Source: Perkinsela sp. CCAP 1560/9 | Lineage: Eukaryota > Protista > Euglenozoa: Kinetoplastea | Assembly: GCA_965644495.1 (NCBI GenBank) | Contig: CBFFSA010000001.1 | Span: forward strand, 186,001-250,000 | Direction: 5' to 3' | DNA length: 64,000 nt | Shown: piece after piece, positions 1-11,600 of the stretch | Position numbering within the stretch: position 1 is the stretch's first letter | Layout of the letters: each line of letters begins with the position of its first letter | Notes under the pieces: model-generated | The model's input: only the letters and a program-made list of their open reading frames with translations | Told to the model about the DNA's origin: nothing | Database searches by the model: none | Made by a program: the position numbers and the translations under genes

Positions 1-246
1 GTAATTTCGTCTCTCTATCGTAACCCTTTGGGAACTGAAGTTCCTTGTGCAAATCATGGCGGTTCAAGATGCGAATAGTCTGTACAAAGTATTGGAAAAA
101 GGCGACTTCACACTAGAGGCTTTGTTACATTTCGATGAATTTCCCTTCCGTGTTCGGGAGCGACACCCTTCCTTGATGGAAAAATGGTGTCGAAAAATGG
201 TTCACTACTAGTGAACGTATAGTGGGGACACTTTCTCTGCACACAA

Positions 247-756
247 GTGGTCCCTCAGGTTGCACTTCAAAGACAACCACTTGGGCGGATATGTTCTCCC
301 AGAAAAACTGTAAGTTCGAGGGATTCAGAAGGGTTAATTGCTCATCAATCTCCGAAAAACGCTGAAAGTCACATTGGAGAACCATTTTCAAGTGGCAGTC
401 CCATACAGAAAAACGAAGATAGCAGAATACCTAATGTGAACCAAGACACCGACGTGCTTGATACCGACGAGGAACATTTGCTTCGAACAGACCCACATGC
501 AACGTTAGGATTTGACTCTCCCGATGCTGTTGATGTATCACTTAGGAGAGATTTATGGACTCTAAATCCTTTTCCTCACTCCACTGAGGTTACACAATCA
601 AGTCACCACTCGCCACGTTCTAGTTACCCCGCGCGCCACAGTCCTCTACTGGGGTCCGTAGCCCCACTGGGTGGAGTATCTGACTCTCCTGATACGTCAA
701 GAGAGATTTTTGATGAGGAGTTGGCACCTGCTGTCTTCAACGCTTTCAATTATTAG
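247..756 (+). CDS. Hypothetical Ser/Pro-rich ORF, possibly a gene remnant
   Basis: 169-aa ORF on the coding strand with a GTG start and no recognisable domain. A short upstream ORF from 57 (MAVQDANSLYKVLEKGDFTLEALL) may be a frameshifted N-terminus. Confidence 0.25.
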   Translation: MVPQVALQRQPLGRICSPRKTVSSRDSEGLIAHQSPKNAESHIGEPFSSGSPIQKNEDSRIPNVNQDTDVLDTDEEHLLRTDPHATLGFDSPDAVDVSLRRDLWTLNPFPHSTEVTQSSHHSPRSSYPARHSPLLGSVAPLGGVSDSPDTSREIFDEELAPAVFNAFNY

Positions 757-949
757 AAACTACGGACATAGATGTTAGAATAGAAAGATTCTCTTACGAA
801 ATAGTGGAAAGGTAAATAAGACGCGAGGCAAAAAAATGTAGAGCACCGAAATTACAACCTACAACGTTTTTATTTATTTAACTTCAGCACTGTTTTCTAT
901 TTTCCTTCATGGAAACGAACTACAGTGCACACAATTATTTGTGTAACAA

Positions 950-1760
950 TATTGAGGGAGATACGGTGAGTATCTAACTCGCTTACTATGGTTAATTCCA
1001 CGAGGCCAAAATCGGCATAAAACGAGCACAAAAACATTTTTTTCGAAATTTTAAAAACAGAGGTATGGCTCATCAATCAACACAATCTCTGTAATTCTCC
1101 AAAAATGAAAAAAATCGAGTACAGTCCACGGTTTTTAGAACGCTTTTACCAAAAATGAGACTCGGAATGCGGCTCAGAAACGGACATTTCAAATCCGAAA
1201 AAAACGCGAAGATCCTCGATTATGTTCCCAAATTGACAGACTACAGCTGTTTCAAAGTTTGGGGAATATTTTTGAGCTCCTTAACTAACTTCCAGAAATA
1301 TCTTTTTTTTGAAACGCATTTCACTCGTCGACGGCATAACAAATGAACGAAAAAAAGGTACGATTTTATCGGCCATGAAAAACTGGCCAGCTGGCCACCC
1401 CCTGAAACAATTTTGAGCTAGTCACTTCCTGGAAAACTGGCCAGATGGCTACCAAAAACTGCAGTTTGCATTTCGTATGCGTAAGATGAATCGCGACGTC
1501 CAAAAAAAGTCGCAAGCTGCCCACCTCCTGCATGAAAGGGCAGCTGGTCACTTTTTCAGGGGGTGGCCAGGTGGCCACTTTTTCAAGGGGTGGCCAGCTG
1601 GCCACTTTTTCAAGGGGTGGCCAATTGGCCACTTTTTCAAGGGGTAGTCAGCTGACTACTTTTTAGAAGAAGATTGGCATTGTTTTGTCAATTCTTACTG
1701 CCATGATGCCCACGAATTTTCCTGATTGATACGACGAAACTATTTTTGTAGAATCCAGGT
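950..1760 (+). mobile_element. Non-autonomous element with 27-bp tandem repeats (copy A)
   Basis: Both ends (AGTATCTAACTCGCTTACT...GGCATAAAACGAGCACAAAAACA and GATTGGCATTGTTTT...AGAATCCAGGTA) match 55065-55880. Internal CAGCTGGCCACTTTTTCAAGGGGTGGC repeats at about 1370-1660. Confidence 0.75.
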
Positions 1761-1962
1761 ATATAGAGTCGAGGGAGATACGAAGCAACAGATGTAGCAA
1801 ATTCCCACTGAAAAGAAATCGTATCTCCCTGCACGAAGTTGGCTCCAAGCTAGCAAGCGCATAGGTAGGCAGTTCTCGTGCAGGGAGATACGATTTCTTT
1901 TCAGTGGGAATCTGCTACATATGTTGCTTCGTATCTCCCTCGCCCCTTTATACCTGGATTTG
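1751..1962. mobile_element. Fold-back MITE with arms of about 85 bp
   Basis: AATCCAGGTA...GAGGGAGATACGAAGCAACA...ATCGTATCTCCCTGCACGA is followed by its near-perfect reverse complement. TA at both ends. Confidence 0.8.
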
Positions 1963-2255
1963 TAAAACAAAAATTAGTAAATTTTTAATTAGTTAAACAC
2001 TTCGGAAAATTCACGTTTTACACCTTACATTATTTTTTTTCTTTGTTTCGGAATTCTATTCTTTTTTACGAAAAGTTTTCAGAGTCCTTAACAGATTAGC
2101 AAAAGAATTGGCTATTCGAATACTCATGTAGAATGTTCATGTAGGGACACTGTATGGGAGGGGGCAAAAGTCAATCCCTTTTGGGGGCATTTTCTTCGAG
2201 GTAAAGATACCGTTTACATAAAATACGCTTCACTGAAGCCTGACACACTCAGCAT

Positions 2256-2328
2256 GGGAAAGCATGGTCGGGACCTCCTCGCGGTCTTCCTTAGCATTAC
2301 CATTTTGTAGATGATACTAACGCCGACC
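2256..2328 (+). ncRNA. HDV-like self-cleaving ribozyme (copy 1, slightly degenerate)
   Basis: P1 GGGAAAG/CTTCCTT, P2 GGTCGG/CCGACC, P3 ACC/GGT around L3 TCCTCGC (identical to the HDV L3), P4 TACCAT/ATGATA, J4/2 CTAA. Homologous to 24521-24592. Confidence 0.7.
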
Positions 2329-2547
2329 TTAGAGTAGACAACCTACTCAAATGATAGAAATACCGTTTCTGTAAAAATTGATTTTATCAAGTTGGCAATT
2401 TTTTCGGGGGCAGTGCAAAAAATAGTAAAACAAAAATTAGTGAATTTTTAATTAGTAGAACTTTTTGACTATTTTGCACTAAAAGCTTTACTAATTTTTG
2501 CGAGCACTGTAATTCGTGTCTTACCTTTCTTGCTCACCCCTTACCTC

Positions 2548-3744
2548 ATGACATTCAGAGCCTCAGAGACACCGAAAAAACCTCCTTGTCCCCCGCCTCG
2601 AACTCCACTGCCGGAGGATCTGAAATTCGGAGCCATTCTGACGCCTAATGTGCTCCAGGTAGACTGGACCGCAAGCCAGGGCTGGGGAAAGCCCTACTTT
2701 CGGAAAACACAGAAGAAACTTCTTCTGTCCTACAGCTGCAGTGGGCTTCACTACGCGCTGTCTTGCTTTGAGGGGATGAAAGTGTATCGCGACCCCACAG
2801 GGGGACTGCGCCTGTTCCGTCCTGACATGCACGCTGCCCGGTTTCTTCGCAGCGCTCTACGTCTCACGCTACCGGGGTTTGACGAGACCGAGTTGGTGGA
2901 GCTGATCAAAATCGCTGTCCGCCGGGACCAGTCCTGGATGCCACAGCGTGAGGGCTGCACGCTGTACGTGCGCCCGACACTGATCAGCACCGACCCCACG
3001 CTCGGGCTAGGGATCCCGTCCAGCGCGAAGCTCTTCTTGCTGCTGAGCCCCGTGGGGCCGTACTATAACTCCGGTACGCGTCCGATTTCTCTTCTGGTGG
3101 CGGAGGAGCATATTCGGTCCTGGCCCGGGGGCGCGGGAAGTCACAAACTCGCGGCCAACTACGGACCGACGATTTATGTGCAAAAACTGGCAGAACGTAA
3201 CGGTTGCAGCCAAGTACTGTGGCTTGGCCCGAATCGTACCTGCACAGAAGCCGGCTCGATGAATTTGTTGTTTGTTCTTCGTGAAGGAGAGCACGGCTCG
3301 AATCGTATTGTGGTGACCTCCCCGATACTAGACACGATTGTTCCTGGGGTTACCCGGGACTCCATTCTCCAGTTACTGTCTTCTTTTCCTAGTGTACTCG
3401 TCGAGGAGCGCAGTATTACCATTGAAGAACTTCTCGCACACCATCGCTCAGGTGTCCTTCGAGAAGTCATTGGGTGTGGAACAGCCGCACTGATTACTTC
3501 CGTCGATTGTATATGCTACAACGATGAAAGGTACACGATAGCTCCCTGTCACGAGGGAGGGCTTGCCTTGGAACTCTTAGAAAGGCTTGATGCCATTCAA
3601 CGTGGTGTTGTAAAGAACAGCTGGTCAGTTCTCATAGAGTGGAATTTGCGTTTGGGCTTATTGGGCAACTATATTTTATCGTTTTTATCCACGAGATCAG
3701 TCAGAAAATTTGATGGACAGAAAATGAGGCGAGCCAACGTTTGA
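2548..3744 (+). CDS. BCAT: Branched-chain amino acid aminotransferase (PLP class IV)
   Basis: LHYALSCFEGMK, LFRPDMH, LYVRP, HKLAANYGP (PLP lysine), EAGSMN, PGVTRDSI, GCGTAA. Confidence 0.95.
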   Translation: MTFRASETPKKPPCPPPRTPLPEDLKFGAILTPNVLQVDWTASQGWGKPYFRKTQKKLLLSYSCSGLHYALSCFEGMKVYRDPTGGLRLFRPDMHAARFLRSALRLTLPGFDETELVELIKIAVRRDQSWMPQREGCTLYVRPTLISTDPTLGLGIPSSAKLFLLLSPVGPYYNSGTRPISLLVAEEHIRSWPGGAGSHKLAANYGPTIYVQKLAERNGCSQVLWLGPNRTCTEAGSMNLLFVLREGEHGSNRIVVTSPILDTIVPGVTRDSILQLLSSFPSVLVEERSITIEELLAHHRSGVLREVIGCGTAALITSVDCICYNDERYTIAPCHEGGLALELLERLDAIQRGVVKNSWSVLIEWNLRLGLLGNYILSFLSTRSVRKFDGQKMRRANV

Positions 3745-4005
3745 CGCAAGGTGTTCTTGCCAGTGATATCCTGATATTTCTCCTCCACGTACAAGACGTT
3801 TTTGTCACTTCTTTTATTAGGAAGTGTTTCATCTTTTTGGGGAACTGTTACCCCGGAACAGGATACTGAATGGGAAATGTTGGGTGGAATGTTACGTTAA
3901 GTAAAATGTATGTTGCCTGACTTTTGTCTACAGACCAAACAAATGTAGCTGCTTTTATTCAATATTAAATAAAATGTATTTTTTTCAAATCGTCATGTAG
4001 AGTAA

Positions 4006-5352
4006 ATGGGTTCTCCTTTTAAAGATTGTGTTTGCATATCCGTGAGATATTCCCTAGGTGCACTAATTACATTTTTAATCATTATTATTTTTATAATGAC
4101 TGTAGTTTTCTATCCCGCAACGCCAAGGGTTAACGTCGGAGAAACTTCAGCGAAACGTCAAAGGAAAGAAATGGAATCAGGTAATATTGGTTCAGGGTAT
4201 GTAGAGGAAAAGGGAAGTAAGTCAATAGTTCAGATGGCGTCTGATATCACGTTCACTACGCCTCTGCAAACAGCGCACTCATCTTCACTTCCCGTGGGAA
4301 GCAGTTCAAAAAAAGTGGTGGATATATACGCACCCGAGCACAACGGCTTTCTGTCGAATTCGGAGCGGCAACTTCTTTCTTTGAGAGATTCACTTTCGGA
4401 AAGAATTTCTCAGCATCTAGCGAGCGAGGTTGCAGGTATTATCAGGGAAAAAATTGGAATAAATGCGAAACAAGAAGCTCCCAACGAGGTAAAGTGTTTA
4501 ACTCCTGATTTAGACCAGGAATCAAGTCTACTTGAATGCATACGCGGAGAGCTTGGAAAACAAATAACTCCTCTTGTAAAGAAAATTGATGAGTTGAAGG
4601 ACAATGTCAGCGAGATGCGTTCGATGATTGGTGCACTTACCCAGAAAACCACAGTAAAAGAAAATGCTTCGAAGGCGTCCACTCCTGATCATTCATTAGA
4701 ATCCACCAATAATAAATTACCGGATACTAAGCCATTTTCCATTTGCTCTACGCAACACGATGTTAAACAAGGTGCAGTCGTGCGGAACCCTGACGTAGAT
4801 TTACAGCTGTCAAATAATATCACCACCAAGGAATATACTTTGCCCGCTGGAAATGCGTGGGAATCTCTTTCCGAAGCTACAGAAAAAAAATCTGGCAACA
4901 ATTCCTTAAAAACAGATACGCCAAAATCAACTTTTGGTATCACTGAGAGTAAAACTTGGACTTCCGACACTAAGCGTGGGTTCGGAGAAACTTTCGAAGC
5001 ACAGAAAACGAATTCCACTGCTCTTCCTTTCGCTGCAAGTGATAGTATCCGGCCACCCCTTGCAACGGAAAACCAAAGTGAAGTCGTATCAACTACATTT
5101 GCGTTCGGACAAACCGCTCCGCAGCCTACCACTTTTTCGGAAGCAACCGGTCAAAACTTTGCTTCCACGTCCTTTGAATTAGCCGCGACACCCGCACCCG
5201 CCACATTGGACAACCCTTTTATGAGTACAACTGCTTCACCATCTGGCTTCGGAAGTTCCACATTCGGTGAGGCAGCCAGTATAGGGACAGATGGTGGCGG
5301 ATTTTCCTTTGGAGCTCCATCAAAAAGACGACCGTCCTTCAAAAGGAGGTAA
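4006..5352 (+). CDS. FG-repeat nucleoporin-like protein (Nup1/Nup153-like C-terminus)
   Basis: Coiled coil, then an S/T-rich region with TFG, GFG, FAFG and FSFG, ending in a basic tail (GGGFSFGAPSKRRPSFKRR). The true start may be a later ATG. Confidence 0.6.
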   Translation: MGSPFKDCVCISVRYSLGALITFLIIIIFIMTVVFYPATPRVNVGETSAKRQRKEMESGNIGSGYVEEKGSKSIVQMASDITFTTPLQTAHSSSLPVGSSSKKVVDIYAPEHNGFLSNSERQLLSLRDSLSERISQHLASEVAGIIREKIGINAKQEAPNEVKCLTPDLDQESSLLECIRGELGKQITPLVKKIDELKDNVSEMRSMIGALTQKTTVKENASKASTPDHSLESTNNKLPDTKPFSICSTQHDVKQGAVVRNPDVDLQLSNNITTKEYTLPAGNAWESLSEATEKKSGNNSLKTDTPKSTFGITESKTWTSDTKRGFGETFEAQKTNSTALPFAASDSIRPPLATENQSEVVSTTFAFGQTAPQPTTFSEATGQNFASTSFELAATPAPATLDNPFMSTTASPSGFGSSTFGEAASIGTDGGGFSFGAPSKRRPSFKRR

Positions 5353-5597
5353 ATTTTGGCACCTACAATGTGTGTACATACAATGTGTTTTGTCCGAACA
5401 TCCTGACTTCCGGTTATGATGTACAATCTATTTGCACACATATTTTCATGAATACGGAGAGATTGAAGAAAAATAGACTCATAACGGAATTTTTATTTTA
5501 AAAACCGTATAAACCTTTTCTGGACACGGTGAAATACACTTGTATCGTCGACTTCCTAGGTTTTTTATTTCCACATCCATAATTTTCTATTTTCTTG

Positions 5598-6734
5598 ATG
5601 CTATTCCATAAGTCCCTTTTGTGGTGCCGGGCACCGTTATTTCGCAGTTGGCTCTTGAAGCAACAAATGGTCGCAAGGGTAAACTGCGCACAGTCATCCC
5701 CAGATATGGATACAAGCTATTTCATCTCCGGGCCGACACTAAGTGAAAAGGATCGCCTTTTTGATCCTGTGATGAGCAAATTAGAACATGATAGAAAGAA
5801 ATCTCAAGATTTTTCAAGGAAGAGTTACATGAATCAAAAAGAGTTGAAAAGGTGGATGAAAGTTAAGCATGCAGCCCAAATATTGAAAATTAAGCTAGAA
5901 AATGTTTATGGCATGACAGCTGATGAGGCAAAGGATCATTATCATCGACTTGTCTTAAACGAGGGATTCATGCTTGGCGAGGCAGGAAGGCAGGATGCGT
6001 ACACAGCTGCTGAGTGTTTGACGGAATTCTGTACTTCGAAGCTACACAGCAATACTTCGAAACAATACTTCCTAAAAAGACTTGTTGAGGAGCGCCAAAA
6101 AACAAGAGATGAACTTGCACAACTGACAGACGGGTATCGTATGTATTTCTTTTGGGCTTTAGCGTTTTTCTTTACTGTGTGTTGCGTAATGTTTTTACTT
6201 GGTGGAGCATTGATCATGAAGCAGAATCCTGATCTTTTCTACGGGATTTTTAAGCAAGCGGCTCATTTGTCAAGAGCGACCGTTGGGTTAATGGAAAAAA
6301 GAGAATTCAATCTACCGAAAGCACTGTGCGTCCCTCGTGCCGAGGATATGGAGCTGGACTCCAACATTCTGGGATCGAATTTCACCTACGCGGGTGGATC
6401 GCAAAGTGCGCAGACTTTGAGCAATATTTCGCTTCTCCCTTCAGAACAGGAGACAGCATCCCGTTCTGAATATCATACTGGTTTTATAGAAATGATACCG
6501 CAGGTTTGGAATTTCTTCACAAGAAAAAGTAGTACACCCTCAGAGCAACAATCTTATACGAATGACAATGTAACTTCACAACACGGTTCGTTTCTCGCTA
6601 TCGGAAACTGCGGAATTCAGAGCGCTGATCCTCTTTATGAAGAACTCATGGATGAAGCAGCCATTGTCAAACAGAGGGAACGAAACATAATCCAACAACT
6701 AATAGGAAAAATTGACTCTTTGAACGTAAATTGA
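5598..6734 (+). CDS. Hypothetical single-pass membrane protein, probably mitochondrial
   Basis: Long ORF, basic/hydrophobic presequence-like N-terminus, one TM segment (YFFWALAFFFTVCCVMFLLGGALIM). Confidence 0.7.
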   Translation: MLFHKSLLWCRAPLFRSWLLKQQMVARVNCAQSSPDMDTSYFISGPTLSEKDRLFDPVMSKLEHDRKKSQDFSRKSYMNQKELKRWMKVKHAAQILKIKLENVYGMTADEAKDHYHRLVLNEGFMLGEAGRQDAYTAAECLTEFCTSKLHSNTSKQYFLKRLVEERQKTRDELAQLTDGYRMYFFWALAFFFTVCCVMFLLGGALIMKQNPDLFYGIFKQAAHLSRATVGLMEKREFNLPKALCVPRAEDMELDSNILGSNFTYAGGSQSAQTLSNISLLPSEQETASRSEYHTGFIEMIPQVWNFFTRKSSTPSEQQSYTNDNVTSQHGSFLAIGNCGIQSADPLYEELMDEAAIVKQRERNIIQQLIGKIDSLNVN

Positions 6735-7654
6735 CTATTCTTCGTTGTCGTTCTCCCAAAAAATGATTACATGTGGAACTATGCTATTTGAAATTAAGTT
6801 TTGAACCTGTAGTTAGCACTGGTCAATAGCATTTACAACCTATGCGGTTGCAATCAAAGGTGCATAACCGTACATGAGTTAACGGCGTACATGACATGTA
6901 CCCTACTCGCGGGAAGGCTACGTACTGTACTCGCGGGAAGGCTACGTAGAAACGTCGTTTTGGTTTACTGCTGAACAGGTATTTTGTGGATAGGAAATTC
7001 CACAGTATTCCTACATATTCTCAGGGTATTCAGGCGACGGTTAGAATGTTTGATATGCCCACTCATTCGTTAAGGAACGTGGGAATGGAATGCGAGACCC
7101 CGAAGACGAGGGCGCTGATGAACTTATGCATGGTTCCGTCGTACACCATGATTTCCGATTCATCAGTCGCCTCGGAGTTACATGCCTGGAGAGAAAGATG
7201 AATCGAAAAGCGGGCGCTCCATCTCTTCCATGTCTACAATTGGAGACATTATCGGTTTCTTAAGTTGGTTTGAATATTCTCTACTGTACGGGGCCCCCTA
7301 ACAAAGCCACCCAACAAAGCCAAGGAGTCCCGTAATAGGTGTCTCGGTTTTTCTAGCGCTCTGCTATGCCATGTACGTACTAGTAACACGAAACGCTCTG
7401 TGAAACCTCGCTACCCGCAGCCCCTCAAGTGTACCATAGAGAGACATTCCTTTTCATTCAATCATCTTACGAATTACATTTTTAAGTGTGCCTGATTAAC
7501 CCCTTCACAACAGGATGACCCCACCCCTGTATTGCCCCTTAAATACCCGTCCCATAAATACCCGTCCCGTAATAACACCAGACACTGTAATTGGAAGTTT
7601 GAAACATAAATTAGAGGATCAATACTTATCAATTTTTACCAACTAGTAAAGAAA

Positions 7655-8395
7655 ATGCTCAGGAGGAAATTTTTGCAGAAAATCTCTTCAAACAGTTCTG
7701 ATTCGGAAGGATCCGAAAAAGTACTGCATATGCCTTTGAAACGAAGTGGGTGTTCAAGTAACAGGAATGAAAGTTTACACCTCGCAATGTGGAATTTGGG
7801 CCAGTGTGATGCTCGTCGTTGTTCTGGATTAAAGCTTGTGAGGCAGAAGAAGCTACAATTATTAAGATTAAAGCAAGGTTTTCCTGGTGTTGTTCTCACT
7901 CCAACGGCACAAAGGTTTCTTTCACCAAACGATCGAGATATCGTCGAACGGCAAGGATTGGCTGTCGTAGACTGCAGTTGGAACGAGATTGAAAACATCA
8001 ATTGGAAGAAAATTAAAATGGGACACCCACGAGTATTACCGTTTCTAGTGACTGCAAACCCAACCCATTATGGCCAATCGAGCGAAATGAATTGCGCTGA
8101 AGCGATTGCAGCAGCTCTCTATATTTTAGGGTTTGAAGAAAAGGCGCACACTGTCCTTAGTTCCTTTAACTGGGGAGAGGAATTCTTTCGTTTGAACGCG
8201 GAGCTTTTAGATAGATACATCAGGTGCAATGATGAGAGTGACATTGAAAAGGTTCAGTCTGATTGGATTGCACTTTTAGATTGCGAAAGAGAAACTAGAG
8301 CAAGGCGCGCTGTTGCAGACGAATCTACACAACAGTCCGCATTCGGTTTGGATACTTACGTGCCCTTCGATGATCTAAGTTCTTCGGAAAGTTGA
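7655..8395 (+). CDS. TSR3: 18S rRNA aminocarboxypropyltransferase Tsr3
   Basis: QCDARRCSGLKL, VVDCSW, RVLPFLVTANPTHYG, CAEAIAAAL, FNWGEEF. Confidence 0.95.
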   Translation: MLRRKFLQKISSNSSDSEGSEKVLHMPLKRSGCSSNRNESLHLAMWNLGQCDARRCSGLKLVRQKKLQLLRLKQGFPGVVLTPTAQRFLSPNDRDIVERQGLAVVDCSWNEIENINWKKIKMGHPRVLPFLVTANPTHYGQSSEMNCAEAIAAALYILGFEEKAHTVLSSFNWGEEFFRLNAELLDRYIRCNDESDIEKVQSDWIALLDCERETRARRAVADESTQQSAFGLDTYVPFDDLSSSES

Positions 8396-8642
8396 TTCAC
8401 CTGATTCTATTGCTTTGACTAAGACGTGGATACTATCAACTACTGTAAACGTTACTCAGATAGATGTGAGCCCAAATAAGACTCCCCTCATACAGTGTAC
8501 GTAAGTACAGTGCTTCGCCCCCACCCCACTTATAGTGCCTATTTTCCGGTCTTATTTAGAGTGGTCGTCTATCTTGTTTTATTTAATGCGTATGCTATAT
8601 TTAAGATTCATGCCTATTTTTCATGATTGCGTGACGTGAACT

Positions 8643-11600
8643 ATGGGAATTCATTGTCTATGGTCGATTTTGGAACCCGCCGGGGTTCCTGTCCCTTTGG
8701 AGGAACTCCGCGGCATGCGAGTCGCAATCGACGCTAGCATTTGGGCCTACAAGGTGTCCAGTTATACGCGAATACGAGAGGACGATCCCGAATTAGGAAC
8801 AGCAACACCGTCGGGTTTGCACGTTGAAAGGTTTGTTCGGAGAATTTTAAAGCTACTCTATTATGGAATTCGTCCTATTTTTGTCTTTGACGGTGCCGCT
8901 CCCGCATTAAAAGCAGATGTCTTGCGCAATCGCCGGGCGGCCAGAGATCGAACTGACGATGACATAACTCATGCTGCACAAAAACTTTTCCTAGCGCAAG
9001 TAGCCCGCAAGGCTGTGAAACGGGTGAAATCTGAGATAAAACAAGAGGTAATACAGGACACTGAAAAAGTGGCAGTAAGGGAGATCGAAGACGCAAGCAA
9101 AAAAGGAGAAGAATTGATGAGCATTGCCACGCTTCGCAGCGTTGCTAGTTTACGACATCAATACAATAAAGCTGGATACGAAATTTCTCCAACAAAAAGT
9201 GAATTTGGTGACACGAACAATGAATCAAGCCACTGCGCACTCAGTGCAAGTATGGACGATGAAGATAAAGAATCTGTCTTACGTAGTGCTTATAAGACTC
9301 CGAATTGGAATAGAGAAGATTACTATAAGAAGAGTCTACGTAACAGTGAGGACCCAAATTCTTTTTCAGGGATACAGCTCTCATCGTACATTAAGAAAGT
9401 ACAGTATTGTGAAACTTTGCGTGAATCTAAGGAGCAGGAACAAGATGAATACTGTAGAAAGAATGCTCCTCAAGATATGGGAAGAGGGAAGGAGGTCTGC
9501 AACGAAGATGAGAAGGGGAACCTGGATTGGATTTCGCGAAAAACTTTGGGTTCGGTCAGATCCCAAGCGAAGACGTTCTACTATCTGGGACCTGCCACAT
9601 CTCGAGCTTCGAAGACTATTACGCGTGATCCAGAAATATACTCTACGAATCAGCTCATGAATACTGAAAATGTGCCACATACCAGTGACAACAATGCCAA
9701 TATCACTGTTTCCTCATGCAAAACTAGTTTGACGAAACTTCACGCTGACTTACCTCTTGATCTGCATTCAGCTTCTGAATTTCTCACGCAAGATATCACA
9801 AGTGAGGAAGCTCGAGAGCGAAAACCCTCTTTCACCGACTCTTGCGAAGGTACATTGTCAGATTGTTCATCTACTACAGTCGTCGGCGAGGAGAGTGTGG
9901 ATAAAGTTATTTTGGGTTCTTGTGTTTCAACTGCCGAGAAAGAAACTAAATCTATATGCTCCGCTGGACTTGCTGATTCTCCGACTAAATCCTTAACAAT
10001 TAGTCAAAGCAATGTCGATGCACTGAATGAGCATGACCTAAAACGAGCGATTCCACGGAATGGTGAACAGAGGGCACTCCTTTCCAAGGATTTATGTTCG
10101 GATTCTGATGATGATAGTGAATGTTATGAGCTGATCGATCAATCAGAAAATAGAGTATCAGGAACCATGACCGCTATTGATTTTTTACTGGAAACACACG
10201 ACGATAAAGATGATATATCGCTGGGAGACATAAATAAATCGAAAGGCGAAGCATTATCAATGAGCATTTTAGATTCCGATACGATGGCTATGAATCAAAA
10301 ATTAGACACGAAGTCAACAAAGCAAGAATCTCCCAGTCTTCCAGCAATTGACGTAGCAGTACTTTCATCATCAGACAAGAAATTTTCTGCTCAACCCCCT
10401 GATCGCTTGCAGTTGGAAAATATATTACAAGAAGCTGAGATGCGCGCCAAAAATGAGTACGAAGCACTAAAGCAAGAAAACGTATCAGTTCCCCTTCACG
10501 CACAAATACGTTCTATTCTTCTAGATCTCCGGAATTTACTTGTACTCTTCGGAATACCGTACGTTGAGAGCCCCTCAGAGGCCGACGCGCAGTGTGCGGT
10601 GCTTAATAGTGAAGGAGTGGTGGACGCTGTTGTGAGTGATGATAGTGATGTGTTTCTTTTCGGGGCTAAATGTGTAATTCGAAGATTTTTTGATCACTCG
10701 TACGTAAGACCTCACGTATTTCACGTTGATAAGATTAAGAGAGATTTGTGTCTCGATCGCAGCGACTTTTTAGTGTTGGGTATTCTGCTTGGTGGGGATT
10801 ATTTTGAAGGGGTAAAGGGCATTGGACCTTCGTCTGCGGTTCGAGTTCTCAGCGCCTTTTGCCCTTCTTTTATTACAGCAAACGATTGCAATGCATCTGT
10901 CGATCGCGCCTGTGCCTGCCTTAGCCGTTTTTGGAAATTTCACGTTCATACTGATAAAGAAGGTGAGAAATCCGTATCCTTTGGAAGAAACATGACTTCT
11001 CGAAGCACAGAAAATGTTGAAGAGTCTTTGCGTTCGGATGAGAAAGATAATATCGAACATTCCCTGAATCAAGTGAGTTACGGAGATGCTATGGCTGTAC
11101 TACAGGATGACGTTTACAAGAAAACGAGATCTTGTATGCGGGATTTTTTTCGTTTCTGGATGATATTTTTTAAGAAACATCATGGAAAAGCCGGAGAATC
11201 CTTTGCTTTTAGTAAAGATGAGATGGTTGCATCTTTTCCCCCTGTCGTTGTACTAAACGCTTACGCGAAACCGAATGTTCATCGAAATATGCGTGATTTT
11301 ATCTGGAATCCACCTGATTGGGAGTCTGTTAACAGTTGCCTACGAGAAAAATGTTCAGATAGATACGAAATTCTTAAAACATTACTTGGGAAAGCGGCAG
11401 AAACATATGGACGTTCGTTCTTCATAAGAACTGAAGATAATACTATGAATGAATTGAAAGCAAGAACATTGCTGACACACAAAAGAAAGACTGCAATTAA
11501 TTCTCTCTCGACATGGTGGAACAAAATTACTACTGTTCTGGAAAAGCCGTTGTCATCTGATATCGGGCCCCGAGATCTCACACAGGAGATAAATATTGGA

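Larger units (their letters stand above)
923..2509. mobile_element. Nested cluster of TA-flanked Tc1/mariner-type MITEs
   Basis: Outer imperfect TIRs TA|CAGTGCACACAA... and ...TTGCGAGCACTG|TA. Contains the 27-bp repeat element, a fold-back MITE and a ribozyme-like insert. Confidence 0.5.

Noticed and set aside
2358-2380. SL-like sequence ACCGTTTCTGTAAAAATTG
   Set aside because: Too many mismatches in the 3' part, and it is also explainable as the duplication flanking the ribozyme unit.
7115-7165. Hammerhead ribozyme or SECIS element
   Set aside because: CTGATGA is paired in the stem with no GAAA core, and there is no apical AA or in-frame UGA gene upstream. CTGATGA at about 11950 and 59030 also lacks a GAAA partner.
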